Made by a program: the position numbers and the translations under genes. 38,231 nucleotides of DNA from a virus (lineage: Duplodnaviria > Caudoviricetes): positions 1-38,231 of IMG/VR virus record IMGVR_UViG_3300032320_000486; one strand, written 5' to 3'. Within the stretch, counting starts at the first letter, position 1. Every line of letters begins with the position of its first letter. The notes under the pieces were generated by a model, which searched no databases, was not told the DNA's origin, and worked only from the letters and a program-made list of their open reading frames with translations. Shown here one piece after another: positions 25,438 through 35,600 of this stretch.

Positions 25438-28400
25438 TAGTCCTCGACCTCTTGTGCTAGAAAGCGCTGCCAGATTCTATCAAAATATACGTTTGACTTA
25501 GCCAAGGCCTCTCCGTACTGAAACAACTCAGAACGTTTTCCGGCAAGCGACTTTGAAGAAAGAGTTTTCTTTCCAGACTGCGCAATAATAGATTCGCGCA
25601 AACCCAAGTACTGTTCGATTGCTGGAACAGCTGGGTTCCATCCGACTCTAGAGTCTTTAATTAAGTTGCCAAGTTCGACCAAGTCGTTCTCGTATTCGTT
25701 TGTAACGAACTCAGCCTTTGGTTTAAATCCTGGGTATTTTTTGCTTAACTCAACTCGGAATGCTGCCAGACGATCTGCTTGGTCTTTGGTTGGGTATGCA
25801 CCAAGAGCAAGCTTGGCTGCTCGGTACCTGGACGAACCAATACGGTTCTGAGCAAGATCGATCATTTCGTTTGCAGAAAGGGCTTCACGCTCACCGTTTG
25901 TGCGCTGTCTAGCCTCAGTCTTAAAGTCAAACTCACCGAATGCAGGGGCTAGGTAGTAAGCAGTTCTGGAGTAACCGTCAATAAGTTCTTGGTTGTTTCT
26001 AGTCCAGTCTCCAAAGTCGTCAGTAGTTTCTAGACCAGGAGCAACCGCCCTGCTCTTTGAGGATACGTATAGCGCTGCGTTTTCTCCGTGCAAGTTCAGG
26101 AACCGCTCAACAGCAGAGTCATAATCCTCCTGCTGCATGTCGTAGAACTCTTTCACTATCTCTCGCACGTACACATCGCCTTGGTCCGTAGGAATCTTGA
26201 ATTCAGCTTGACCTGAAGTTGGTCCAATAAACTGCGACATTGCGCGCATCATCGTGATCCACTTTGCTTTTTCTGCAGCTACGTCCTTGAGTCGTTCTTT
26301 TTCTTCGGGCAGGGTAAGGTCGTACTTCCCAGTATTTGCTTCTGCCTTGATTGTCTCAAACCAAGTGTTTGCAAACACGGTGTTTGTTCTATTGCGATCC
26401 ATGGCAAGAGCTTCCATGACCTTTACAGTCCATCCAGGAAGAACGCTTGACAAAGCAGTTGGTGCTCCGTATGGCAAAAGCATTTGCCTAATCTCGTCAT
26501 TTTGTGGGGTATCTGCCAGCAATCTATTTGCTCCAATTTGAGCAAACGGTCCGATGCCTGGGTAAACGTTAATACCTTGAGACAGTCGTTTTACTGGAGA
26601 AGCCAAACCAGCTGTGTAGTCCCCACCAGTAATAAGCTTTGATATTGACCCAGACATAGGAAACGAGAACATTAACTCATTTGTCTGTGGGTCTTTGTAA
26701 AAGAATCCTCGACCGTCTTGGTCAGGGTCAGCATTTACTGCTCCATTATAGAAGCGTGAGAACGTCCTGTACTTATGCACACCGTCGACCAACGAGTTGG
26801 ACAAGTAGTGACCAACAACTTCGGACCATGCGTTACCGAAAGGAACAACAATTCGCAATATGTCAAATAGGTTGTTTGTGTTTGATGCATCGAACAAAAG
26901 ATTTTCCATCTGGTTCAAGCTCAAAGCTTTTGCGTATTCATCAAGGTTCTTTGCGGTCAAGTTGCCGTCGTGACTTGCTTTGCCGACAATTGCTTCAAGC
27001 CTTGGCAACAACTCGTCGTTACCGATGTACTTACCAATATCGTCTTTTGAACCAGCCTTGTTTGTCAAGGTCGAGATCAACTCTGATGCAGACTTTTGTG
27101 AGAGCTGATCTACGTGTTCAAACACATTTTCGTAGTACTGCTTGCGGAACACGGGGGAACGCTCAAGGGTGCGCGACGAACGAGCGTTAAGGGAAACGAA
27201 GAACCACTTGGTTGCTACGTCCATGCTCTCCTGCATCTTTGCCCAGTTGTCCATGTCTGCTTTGACTGAGCCAGTAATTTCTCTGGAAACCACAACGGGC
27301 AGACCATTTCCAGTAGCAGCGTCATACAACGGGGTGTTCATCACCATCTTCTGCAAGTACTGAGTTCCGGCCCTAAAGTTAGTAACTGATCCCTTTTCAA
27401 GAACTGGGACCACGGTCCCAACGCCTTTGTTCGAAGCAGTCTGGATAATGATTCCAGGTCGTCCGTCCTTCATGATTACGTTCTGTCCAACATCTAGACC
27501 GCCAGCACTAAGTACCATTCCGGATTCGTCTGTAAGGTCTGCGGCATTAGCCACAACTCTTTCGATGTCGCCATTAACCATGGATGGCAATGCGTCGTAG
27601 CCAGCAACAAAACGCATTGAGTTGATGTTTCCAGTTTGAGTTACTGCGTTACCAAGAACAATCTTCTCTGCGTAAACCTCAAGGATCTTCTTGACTTCGT
27701 TTATTCCTTGGCTTCTAGCAATCTCATCAATGTCAACAGATGGGAACCTCACAACATTGCCAAAAGAGTCTGACTCCTCGATGCCCTGCATGAACAATTT
27801 CTTTATGTCTTTATATACAGACTCGTTCTTTGGAGCGAGCATTTCATCAACGATACGACGGACAATTGCACCCTTGCTGCCGGACACAAGCGAAGCTCTT
27901 GCTGCAGCGCGCGACAATGGGCTCTTGTTGATTTTAGCTAGCTGTTGGATCACGCCTTCTGTATGTAGCTTTATACCGTTCTTTGGCATAGAGCGCTGCA
28001 CGTCAGAGAACGTTCCAAGACCACGCAAGTGCTGCGAGTAGTCAGCCGAACCCATTCCCCTAATTCGTGTAGCTGAAGATATTCTGTCTCGCAAGTCATC
28101 AGATAGGGCGTTGATTTCGGAGTTGGCATCGTCAAGACTTCCGCGCGCCATGAGGCTGTCTCCAAAAATATTCTTTGACTTACTCTTTCCAATTACCAAA
28201 GATATGTACTCAAGAGGGTGGTTAAGAACAGAACCGGTTCCACCAAAGGTCATTCGAACCTGAGCGTCAAGCGCATTTCTGATTGAGTAACCACCGGTCA
28301 TAAGCGTAAATCGTTTCCACAGTTCGTTTTGCAAGAACTCGGCACCAACGATTGCACCCTTTGCCTGTCCAGTTTTAACACGCTTTACCTTCTTCAGCGC

Positions 28401-30542
28401 GGCCTGCTCTGCATCAAGTTTTGCTATGTCGTCAATAGCTGACTGTGGAAGCTTCTGTTTAAGGTTTGCATACGTAGTCCTAATTGCTTCCTTCTCACTG
28501 TCGATTTCGGTAAACCGTTTTCTGTTAACAATGATTTCTCTTTTCTCGGTCTTACTGAGAATAGGCATCTTTGGCAAAAGAGAACGGTTGAATGTTTCCG
28601 CTGCTTGACCCTTTACAATGATTTCTTCCTTTGCTCCAGGAAGCTTTGACAGCGCCTCCGAGACCAATGGGTTGCGGGTGAGTCGACGCAGTACTCGATG
28701 GTCTGGCAACACACGCATTCTGTTCATCAAGTCAAGGTGTTGAATAGCTCCTTCAAAGTGGAGATCCGTTCCATACCCGCCACCAGCCGTGCTGATGCGT
28801 GTAATTAAATCGTTCCAAGTCTGAGGCTGAATGGTGTTCTTGATAGCAGGGACGTTGAGCATTGCCTGCATGAACCCAGCATCAGTATGGTTACCCATCC
28901 TGTCACGGAAGTAACTACGCATCGTAGTAATGGAAGCCTTATCGTTCTCAAGAATCTCATCGACTACTTCTCGTCTAACACCATTCTTAATAAGCGTTTT
29001 GCTAATGAGAGTGTTGTAAAGTCCGTCGAGCTCGTACCTGTCGACAGCAGAACCTCCAGTTCGCAAAGCCTTAACAGCCAGAGTGGTCAGTTCTTCTACA
29101 TCTTCTTTTGGTAGACCAGCAATCTTTGCCGAGTTAGCAAACGCATTAACAGCTTTAATATTGTCCAGGTCATCTCCAGCAACCACAACAGAACGGTCTG
29201 GAACTTTTGTCAGCAAGCGTGATCGCTTTGTAAATTCCTTTACGTTTGCAAGAGGCTTCATTACGGTAACTCGTGGAGCGTAGATACCAAGGTTGCGGCT
29301 GATTGGGGTATTCCCGTATGTGTAAGCACCAAGCATTGCAGCAATTACTTGATCCTCTGTCTTTGCTTGGGAAAGATTGTACGCAACGTCAGTAGGTGCT
29401 TGACCTCTAAAAACTTTAGAGAAAATCTTGCCCGGATCATCTTCGTCGATCAGCTGATTAACCATTCTCTTGGCAGCTGGGTTGCTGCGCATAAATGTGT
29501 CGAACTTGCGGATGTCCACTTGTGGCCCGTTAAGACCAGCTTTGATTCCTGCTTCAAACTGAATCAATGCTGAAGCCGGAGTATTCGGGTTAGCTTCTTG
29601 TAGAGCTTTTAGCCAATCATCCACCTGTGACTCTGCCCTACTTACTTCAGACACCAAAGGCACCAGACCGCCGCGAGCAGTAGTTGTTGCTGCCCTAATT
29701 CCTTTTGTTACAAGCTTTGTAGGGTCTGGGAGGATGAGCATTTGTATTGCGTCAATGACCCCTGAAACGGTCCCATACATTGATGATTCTGGTTCAAAGA
29801 ATGTAGACGCAACCATTCGTCCTGTTGTAAATGCAGAACCGTTAATCATTCCGCGTCGAGCGCGTGCTTCTCTTGCCTGTGCTTCTCGAAGAGTCTCACT
29901 AATAAAAAATCCAGAACCCTGTTCTTCTGGGTTTGCCAACAACTGACCAATCGATGTTGACTCCCAAAAACCACCTTGCGGCTCTGCTCCGTACTCGATG
30001 GTCCCACCAAGAACGTCGTATATTGCACCAAGAGTTTTTGCAGATGCGTACTGAGCCATTTCTGGAATTATGTCTAGTGCAGCAGTACCCCACCTAGTTA
30101 CAGGCTTCAAGTCTTGGATTGATTCGTACAGCGTGTCGCCAATAAAGTGAAGAGGCTTTTGCACCTGATCTGGTGCTAATAAGCCAAGACCTTTGCCAAC
30201 CCACTTTGATGCAAGACCTGTAAGCTGAAACACCTTTCCAACAGATTTAAGTACTGTATTGAGTCCAAAAAATGAACTCTCTGTTGGCATTGATTCAGCT
30301 TGCTGTACTCCAGAAATATAACCAGCCGTGTCCACAGCATCATCAGATGCTCCGGCACGAGCAAGAGACAGCACGGTTTCAGGCTTAAGCCATGGGTTTG
30401 TGCTATATATCTGAGACGCTCTTTGGGCTACAAAGCCACCGTCGTCCAATGCCTGTATGTTGCTTGGCTTATTCTTTGCAATTACGGCGTCATTGGTTAC
30501 TGGATCTAAGCCATTTTGCCATTTCACTGAAGCAGTCCCCAC
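25437..30542 (-). CDS. large putative internal virion/DNA ejection protein (1701 aa)
   Basis: Very long mainly helical ORF in the structural region of a phage lacking tape measure; function by analogy. Confidence 0.65.
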   Translation of the reverse strand: MGTASVKWQNGLDPVTNDAVIAKNKPSNIQALDDGGFVAQRASQIYSTNPWLKPETVLSLARAGASDDAVDTAGYISGVQQAESMPTESSFFGLNTVLKSVGKVFQLTGLASKWVGKGLGLLAPDQVQKPLHFIGDTLYESIQDLKPVTRWGTAALDIIPEMAQYASAKTLGAIYDVLGGTIEYGAEPQGGFWESTSIGQLLANPEEQGSGFFISETLREAQAREARARRGMINGSAFTTGRMVASTFFEPESSMYGTVSGVIDAIQMLILPDPTKLVTKGIRAATTTARGGLVPLVSEVSRAESQVDDWLKALQEANPNTPASALIQFEAGIKAGLNGPQVDIRKFDTFMRSNPAAKRMVNQLIDEDDPGKIFSKVFRGQAPTDVAYNLSQAKTEDQVIAAMLGAYTYGNTPISRNLGIYAPRVTVMKPLANVKEFTKRSRLLTKVPDRSVVVAGDDLDNIKAVNAFANSAKIAGLPKEDVEELTTLAVKALRTGGSAVDRYELDGLYNTLISKTLIKNGVRREVVDEILENDKASITTMRSYFRDRMGNHTDAGFMQAMLNVPAIKNTIQPQTWNDLITRISTAGGGYGTDLHFEGAIQHLDLMNRMRVLPDHRVLRRLTRNPLVSEALSKLPGAKEEIIVKGQAAETFNRSLLPKMPILSKTEKREIIVNRKRFTEIDSEKEAIRTTYANLKQKLPQSAIDDIAKLDAEQAALKKVKRVKTGQAKGAIVGAEFLQNELWKRFTLMTGGYSIRNALDAQVRMTFGGTGSVLNHPLEYISLVIGKSKSKNIFGDSLMARGSLDDANSEINALSDDLRDRISSATRIRGMGSADYSQHLRGLGTFSDVQRSMPKNGIKLHTEGVIQQLAKINKSPLSRAAARASLVSGSKGAIVRRIVDEMLAPKNESVYKDIKKLFMQGIEESDSFGNVVRFPSVDIDEIARSQGINEVKKILEVYAEKIVLGNAVTQTGNINSMRFVAGYDALPSMVNGDIERVVANAADLTDESGMVLSAGGLDVGQNVIMKDGRPGIIIQTASNKGVGTVVPVLEKGSVTNFRAGTQYLQKMVMNTPLYDAATGNGLPVVVSREITGSVKADMDNWAKMQESMDVATKWFFVSLNARSSRTLERSPVFRKQYYENVFEHVDQLSQKSASELISTLTNKAGSKDDIGKYIGNDELLPRLEAIVGKASHDGNLTAKNLDEYAKALSLNQMENLLFDASNTNNLFDILRIVVPFGNAWSEVVGHYLSNSLVDGVHKYRTFSRFYNGAVNADPDQDGRGFFYKDPQTNELMFSFPMSGSISKLITGGDYTAGLASPVKRLSQGINVYPGIGPFAQIGANRLLADTPQNDEIRQMLLPYGAPTALSSVLPGWTVKVMEALAMDRNRTNTVFANTWFETIKAEANTGKYDLTLPEEKERLKDVAAEKAKWITMMRAMSQFIGPTSGQAEFKIPTDQGDVYVREIVKEFYDMQQEDYDSAVERFLNLHGENAALYVSSKSRAVAPGLETTDDFGDWTRNNQELIDGYSRTAYYLAPAFGEFDFKTEARQRTNGEREALSANEMIDLAQNRIGSSRYRAAKLALGAYPTKDQADRLAAFRVELSKKYPGFKPKAEFVTNEYENDLVELGNLIKDSRVGWNPAVPAIEQYLGLRESIIAQSGKKTLSSKSLAGKRSELFQYGEALAKSNVYFDRIWQRFLAQEVED

Positions 30543-30886
30543 TTATCGAGCATCATCGTTAGCTCTTGTGTAGGGTGCAACTGAGCAATTGCTCGCAATT
30601 CTTCTACCGCTACCTGTGTCTCTGTGCGAATTGGTACTCCGGCCTGAAGCGCAGATGGACCGGGGCCAAAGTTGGCTCCAGCAGTAATTGGTTCGTTTGG
30701 ACGCTTTGTCGGACCAAGCAATGGTGGCAAACTTCCTGGCCTTACTATTGGTGCAGAACGTTGTGCGTCTACTGGACTAGGGCCAGCAGGGACAGCTTGT
30801 TGCGCCCTCTGCATGTTTGCCTTATCGCCATAGGTTGGCGGGTTAAGCAAATCAGTTCTGTTGTTTACTGGCTGTGCCACGATCAA
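30524..30886 (-). CDS. Pro-rich virion protein (120 aa)
   Basis: PTKRPNEPITAG...GPG motif; ATGA overlap with portal stop. Confidence 0.65.
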   Translation of the reverse strand: MIVAQPVNNRTDLLNPPTYGDKANMQRAQQAVPAGPSPVDAQRSAPIVRPGSLPPLLGPTKRPNEPITAGANFGPGPSALQAGVPIRTETQVAVEELRAIAQLHPTQELTMMLDKWGLLQ

Positions 30887-32646
30887 CCTCCAAGTTGTGC
30901 TAATAGAGCGTCAAGACCGCCAGCACCCTGCGGTGCTTGAACTTGAGACTCAGCTCCAGTGCCAGGCATCGCTAGCCCAGGCTGAGCCATTGGGGAGTTT
31001 GCTTCAACCATTGCTGCCTGTCGGTCCTGTGCTCTCTGTTGTGTACGTGCTACAGCTTCGTACAAAGGCAAATCTTTTTCAAGGACCAGACGAGTCAAAT
31101 ATGCAAGATCATCAGGTTGGTATGGACCCATTGGGTCAGCAGCTTGTGACTGAATAGAAGCAAGTAATGCAGACTCAACACCTTCAGCAACAAGTCTGTC
31201 GTGTTCCATGTCTGGATCAGAAATCAACGGATCTGTCTCACGAGCAGTTTCCTTTGAGATAAGTCCAGCACCAAGACGCTGACCAAGGCTTACAACAAGT
31301 GAGTTAACGTCAGATCCAGCAGCAGAGTAGGACACATAGTGGAAGTCTGTTTCCCAAATCTTGTTTGGCACATAACTAGACGTGTATCCACCTGCTTTAC
31401 CAGGAATATAGAAAGACTTCTTCTCCTTGCCCCAATAAGCCTGCTCGATAGCAATAGCAATCTTGTCCTCTTCGAGCATTGAGCTTTCGAACAAAGCCTG
31501 TGCTTCCTGAATACGGAAGTCAACAGTTGATGACAAAACGTTCTCGCCACGACGACCAGTACGAATATTGGTTGCAGACTCGCCACCAAACTCTGCCGGG
31601 ATAGCACCCTCTAAGCGCTCCTGACGCTCTAAACGGTCAAGTGCCGTATCAGTCTTATATCCAGGATTGATCTGGTTCTGCTGGATGTCTCCACCCTTAA
31701 CAATTCCAAGCTGTCCAGTCTTTCCATCAGCCACTTGGACGATTACAGGGTTTTCTCCTGGACGTGCAACGAGGTATTCTTCAGGGAAGATACCGCGCTC
31801 AATAGCGATTTCAGTCAGCGCCTGCAAGCGTGCGCGCGTGTAGTACATGCCAAGAATGCCGTCGAACTGGCCACGTGGCTTGTCGAGAGTAATGCGCTGT
31901 GGCATAACAACAAGTGGGCGACCAGTACGGTTTGGAATCTCTTCGAGCATTATCTGTGGCATGCCAGAACGCTGAGCCATGCTCAACGATGGATCATCCT
32001 CTGCACCCAACAACACGAGCTGAATAGCTTCTGGAGACACATACTCAAGCATTTGATACTTGGAGTCTGCATCAACCTGACCCATGCGCAACTGACCAAC
32101 AATGTCCTCGCCATAACGACTCATTAGATACTGAGCTGTTGCTTTATAGGTGAAGATGCAGTCCTGTGGAAGCGGGTCATCCGGGTCATCTACGGGTGCT
32201 GCATATGTATTGAGCGGGTTGATTACCGTCCAACGAGGGATAAGCGTGGCAAAGTCAGGCTTTAGGTAGACGGGTGACGAAGAGTATCCCAAAAGGTGGC
32301 GTGCTCTACGACGCATTTTTTGTGGCATGCGGTTGTGTGTCCACATTGCTTGCATAGCCTGTTTGCGAGTTTTAGCAGTGATTTTGCTGCCTTCATTTCC
32401 ATCCTTGACTGGTGGGAAGTACGGTGTTGGCATTGTGGATGCAACACGCATTGACATTTGATCTAGACCAATTACAAGCAAGTTAGCAACAGAAGCCTGT
32501 GCGCTCTTGTCAAGTTCGTTTAACGGAACAATAACGTCTCCGTTTGCAAGCTCACGAATCTTTTTCATTTGCTCATGCAAAGGACCAGCAGCACGTTTGC
32601 GCTGCTCGTACAACTGGACAATTTGTTCTGCGTTAAGAATTGCCAT
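30883..32646 (-). CDS. portal protein
   Basis: 587 aa, between terminase and head genes, helical with Q/P/G-rich tail; assignment mainly by size and synteny. Confidence 0.78.
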   Translation of the reverse strand: MAILNAEQIVQLYEQRKRAAGPLHEQMKKIRELANGDVIVPLNELDKSAQASVANLLVIGLDQMSMRVASTMPTPYFPPVKDGNEGSKITAKTRKQAMQAMWTHNRMPQKMRRRARHLLGYSSSPVYLKPDFATLIPRWTVINPLNTYAAPVDDPDDPLPQDCIFTYKATAQYLMSRYGEDIVGQLRMGQVDADSKYQMLEYVSPEAIQLVLLGAEDDPSLSMAQRSGMPQIMLEEIPNRTGRPLVVMPQRITLDKPRGQFDGILGMYYTRARLQALTEIAIERGIFPEEYLVARPGENPVIVQVADGKTGQLGIVKGGDIQQNQINPGYKTDTALDRLERQERLEGAIPAEFGGESATNIRTGRRGENVLSSTVDFRIQEAQALFESSMLEEDKIAIAIEQAYWGKEKKSFYIPGKAGGYTSSYVPNKIWETDFHYVSYSAAGSDVNSLVVSLGQRLGAGLISKETARETDPLISDPDMEHDRLVAEGVESALLASIQSQAADPMGPYQPDDLAYLTRLVLEKDLPLYEAVARTQQRAQDRQAAMVEANSPMAQPGLAMPGTGAESQVQAPQGAGGLDALLAQLGG

Positions 32647-35600
32647 TAATCATTTATCCAATCTAAGGCGTCGGATTCATATTCTCCAACTGCATCTACG
32701 GCGTTTAGTCTTGATTCTTCTAGTGCTCTTGCGTATGGGTCGAGTGACTCAAGGTATGTTAGGTCTTCGTAAACCTTTTCTTTTGCCTGAGCCAAGGTTG
32801 GATTCTTAAGTTCGAATCTTACTTCCTCAGCTGTTTTGCCACGAGGTGCAGCAGCTCTTGCTTTTGTTGCTTTGCGCTCAAGCGAAGCAAGTCTTTGTGC
32901 TTCTTCTCTAATGCTTGCCTCTGACCGAACCGGGCCAAACTTATCGAACATTGGAGTTGGCTCTGGTTTAACCGACCTTGCAGCAATTGCTCGTTGCTTA
33001 GCCGCATCAAGCCATCTAGTGCTATAGAAATTGTCTCTTTCGAGTTCCATCTTTGCAGTTCTTACAGCCTGCTTATCAATCCTGCTTTGAGCCTTTTCGG
33101 CAGCCTCCTGCCTTGTAACCCAACGACCGTTTACCTTGGTGCCAAGTTCATTAGTCCACGTGTCTGGATCCCATACTTTGCCAAAGCTTTCTGGAGTCTC
33201 CTGAACGTAGTCTTTAGGCAATTGGGTGCCAAAGTCCTGTGCAAATGGGTTAGATGGCAATCCAGTAGATGGTGCATCATATAGTTGAGTCCTAAACTCA
33301 AGCATTTCTGCGTTCATTTGCTCTTTTGTTATCTCTTTTGCTCGCCACCTAGCGACAACTTCTTTACGCTTTGCCTCTATTGCTGCGCCAATTTCGTCCG
33401 TCCTTGAGTCAGAAACGCTTGCATAAGGGGAATTCAACTCCCTACGAGCCGCACGGAACTCTGCAGCATTAATGTTTGTAAAACCTTTTTCGTCAACAAT
33501 TCCGTAGTCTTTTGTTACGTTTGAATCAACCATTGGATCGAGTTGCTGGCCGCGTTCAAATCCTCGATTAAGGTACTCAATGTCACCAAACGCTGCTTGG
33601 TCTTCTGCTTTAATCTGACGGAGAAGCCTCTCTCTACGAATTGAAGAAGCTTCAATTTGAGCGGCTTCCGACCTCTGAGAAACAGTAAGTCCACTATCGC
33701 GTGCGCGTAGACCTTCTTCTGGAGTATCTCCGAACCTCAAACCGTAAGAACCAAGGCCATCGTCTGTCTTTTCTGCAGCCAACTGACCAGCGATAAACTT
33801 CTCTTCCTCTTGCGCGCCCATGGCTCGCATTGGTTTGGCCCTACGTAGACCAGGTTTTGCCAACTGACTAACCTGCTGGCTTACGCCCTCTGAGAATGCT
33901 TCGCCAAGTTCTCTGTTTTGCTCGATCAAGAAGTTTGCAAAGCTTGGTTCGTTAACGCTTAATTGACGGAACCAGTCACTTTGGGTCAGACGTTGCCATG
34001 AACGAACACGTCCCTTGCCGGTCATTCCCTTAAGCTTGCCTTGTGCGTTAAAGAACTGTGCAGCTTGCTCACGCAAACGTCCAGTTGCTGCTGGCAATGG
34101 TTTGGCAGGGTCCAGATAATTGATAAGAGGTCCAGTTGTTTTTGCTGTAGCTTTTACTTCAGCAAGACTCTGTAGGCCTGCATCAATATTTTGAGTTAAT
34201 GGAGGGGTGTTACCACGAATGGCTGTGTTCTTAAGAGCGACCATTGCGTCAGTTCCAAGAACTTGTTCAATTTCTTTTTCTAATCTTGCTTGTGCATCGT
34301 CAATCGCAACGTTAGTTGCCCCTTGAGCACTTCCAGTTTCTCCGCGTAAACCACGGAATCGAGCTACATACTCTTTAACTTCTTCTGGAGTTGGCTTGCG
34401 AGTAGAGCGAACTACACGCTTGCCTGCACTAGCTTTCTTTGCGTTGCCAAGTTCACGGAAAAACGCGTTTTCTTCTGGGGTTAGGTCCTTATTAAGCCAT
34501 GCATCTTCTACTGCGCTAAGAGGTTTAGCTTCCCCGGTTAGAGAAATGTTTTGTTGTGCCCAGTCTGGCACTTGACCTGGCTCAAGCATGACCCTGCTTC
34601 GGCCAACTGGCTCGCCACCAAACATAAAAGGACCAAGTTCAGCGTTTGAACTTACTGGAGTTACCGCAGTTTTTAGTTCTGTTTCTTTTGCAGCTCTGTT
34701 TGCTGCACGTTGCGCCCTTCTTTCAGCATTTCTTTGCGCTTCATAAGCTTTTTTGCCAGCAATACGCTCTTCTTCTGTAGCGTAAACAGTACGCTCGCCT
34801 TTGGCGACGATCTTTCCTGACTTCTTGTCAAGTACGCCTGCTACCCATTCACCTTTTTCCGCATCATAAAACGCGTTACGACCAAGTCCTTTCGGCTTTG
34901 GTGGGATTCCTCCAGCTGCTGCAGCTTCTTTTGAGCCAGCAAGCGACACTGGCTCTGGAGTTCCTTCAGCAAGGAAACTATTGTCAGGTGTCTCCGGCAA
35001 CTTTATTCCCCTTGACTTGGAGAATTCAGCCGAGCGCTTGTTAAACGCCATAAAAGATTCGCCCTGCATTTGCACTGGGTAACCCTCTGGGCTCATACCA
35101 GAACCATCATCGATAAACGCAACAGAGCGTCGCGTACGCGACATTCCGCCCTGAACACGTTCCATCACACCTTCTCTGTAAGAAGTGGTGCCACGAGGTT
35201 GCTCAAAACCTGCTGGTGCCTTAAACACCTCATCAGAGTTTTCTACCTGCCACCTCTTGAGACGCTTTCCGTAAGCTTCAGCTGTTTCATTTGGTCGCTG
35301 TCTTGGAGGGTTCTTTGTTGCTGCTCTTACCGGCTCATCTTCAACAACGCTGAGAGCAGGAGGTTTGCTTTCACCCCTGAATGCAGGGTGATTGCGCATT
35401 ACATCAGCGCGAGGGTTGCCCTCTACAACAGAAAGTCCTTTTGCTGGAGCAGGCGTTGGCTCTGGCGAAGGAACCGGCTGAGCTTGAGCTTCACCAATTG
35501 TCTCAGCTTTTATTTCTGCTTGTTTAATCTCAAGAGCTTTTTCTCTGTTTGCTTTTTTCGTAGCAGCGCCTTTTCGAGCAGCAATTTGACGAGGTGTCAG

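Noticed and set aside
26712-26735. NADPDQDG in the 1701-aa protein resembling the RNA polymerase NADFDGD motif
   Set aside because: Key F and G differ and no other polymerase motifs are recognisable; better read as a DxDxDG loop. A structure search would settle it
35085-35125. VAFIDDGSGMSPE resembling the GHKL ATPase G1 box
   Set aside because: No N-box upstream or G2 box downstream; context is low-complexity
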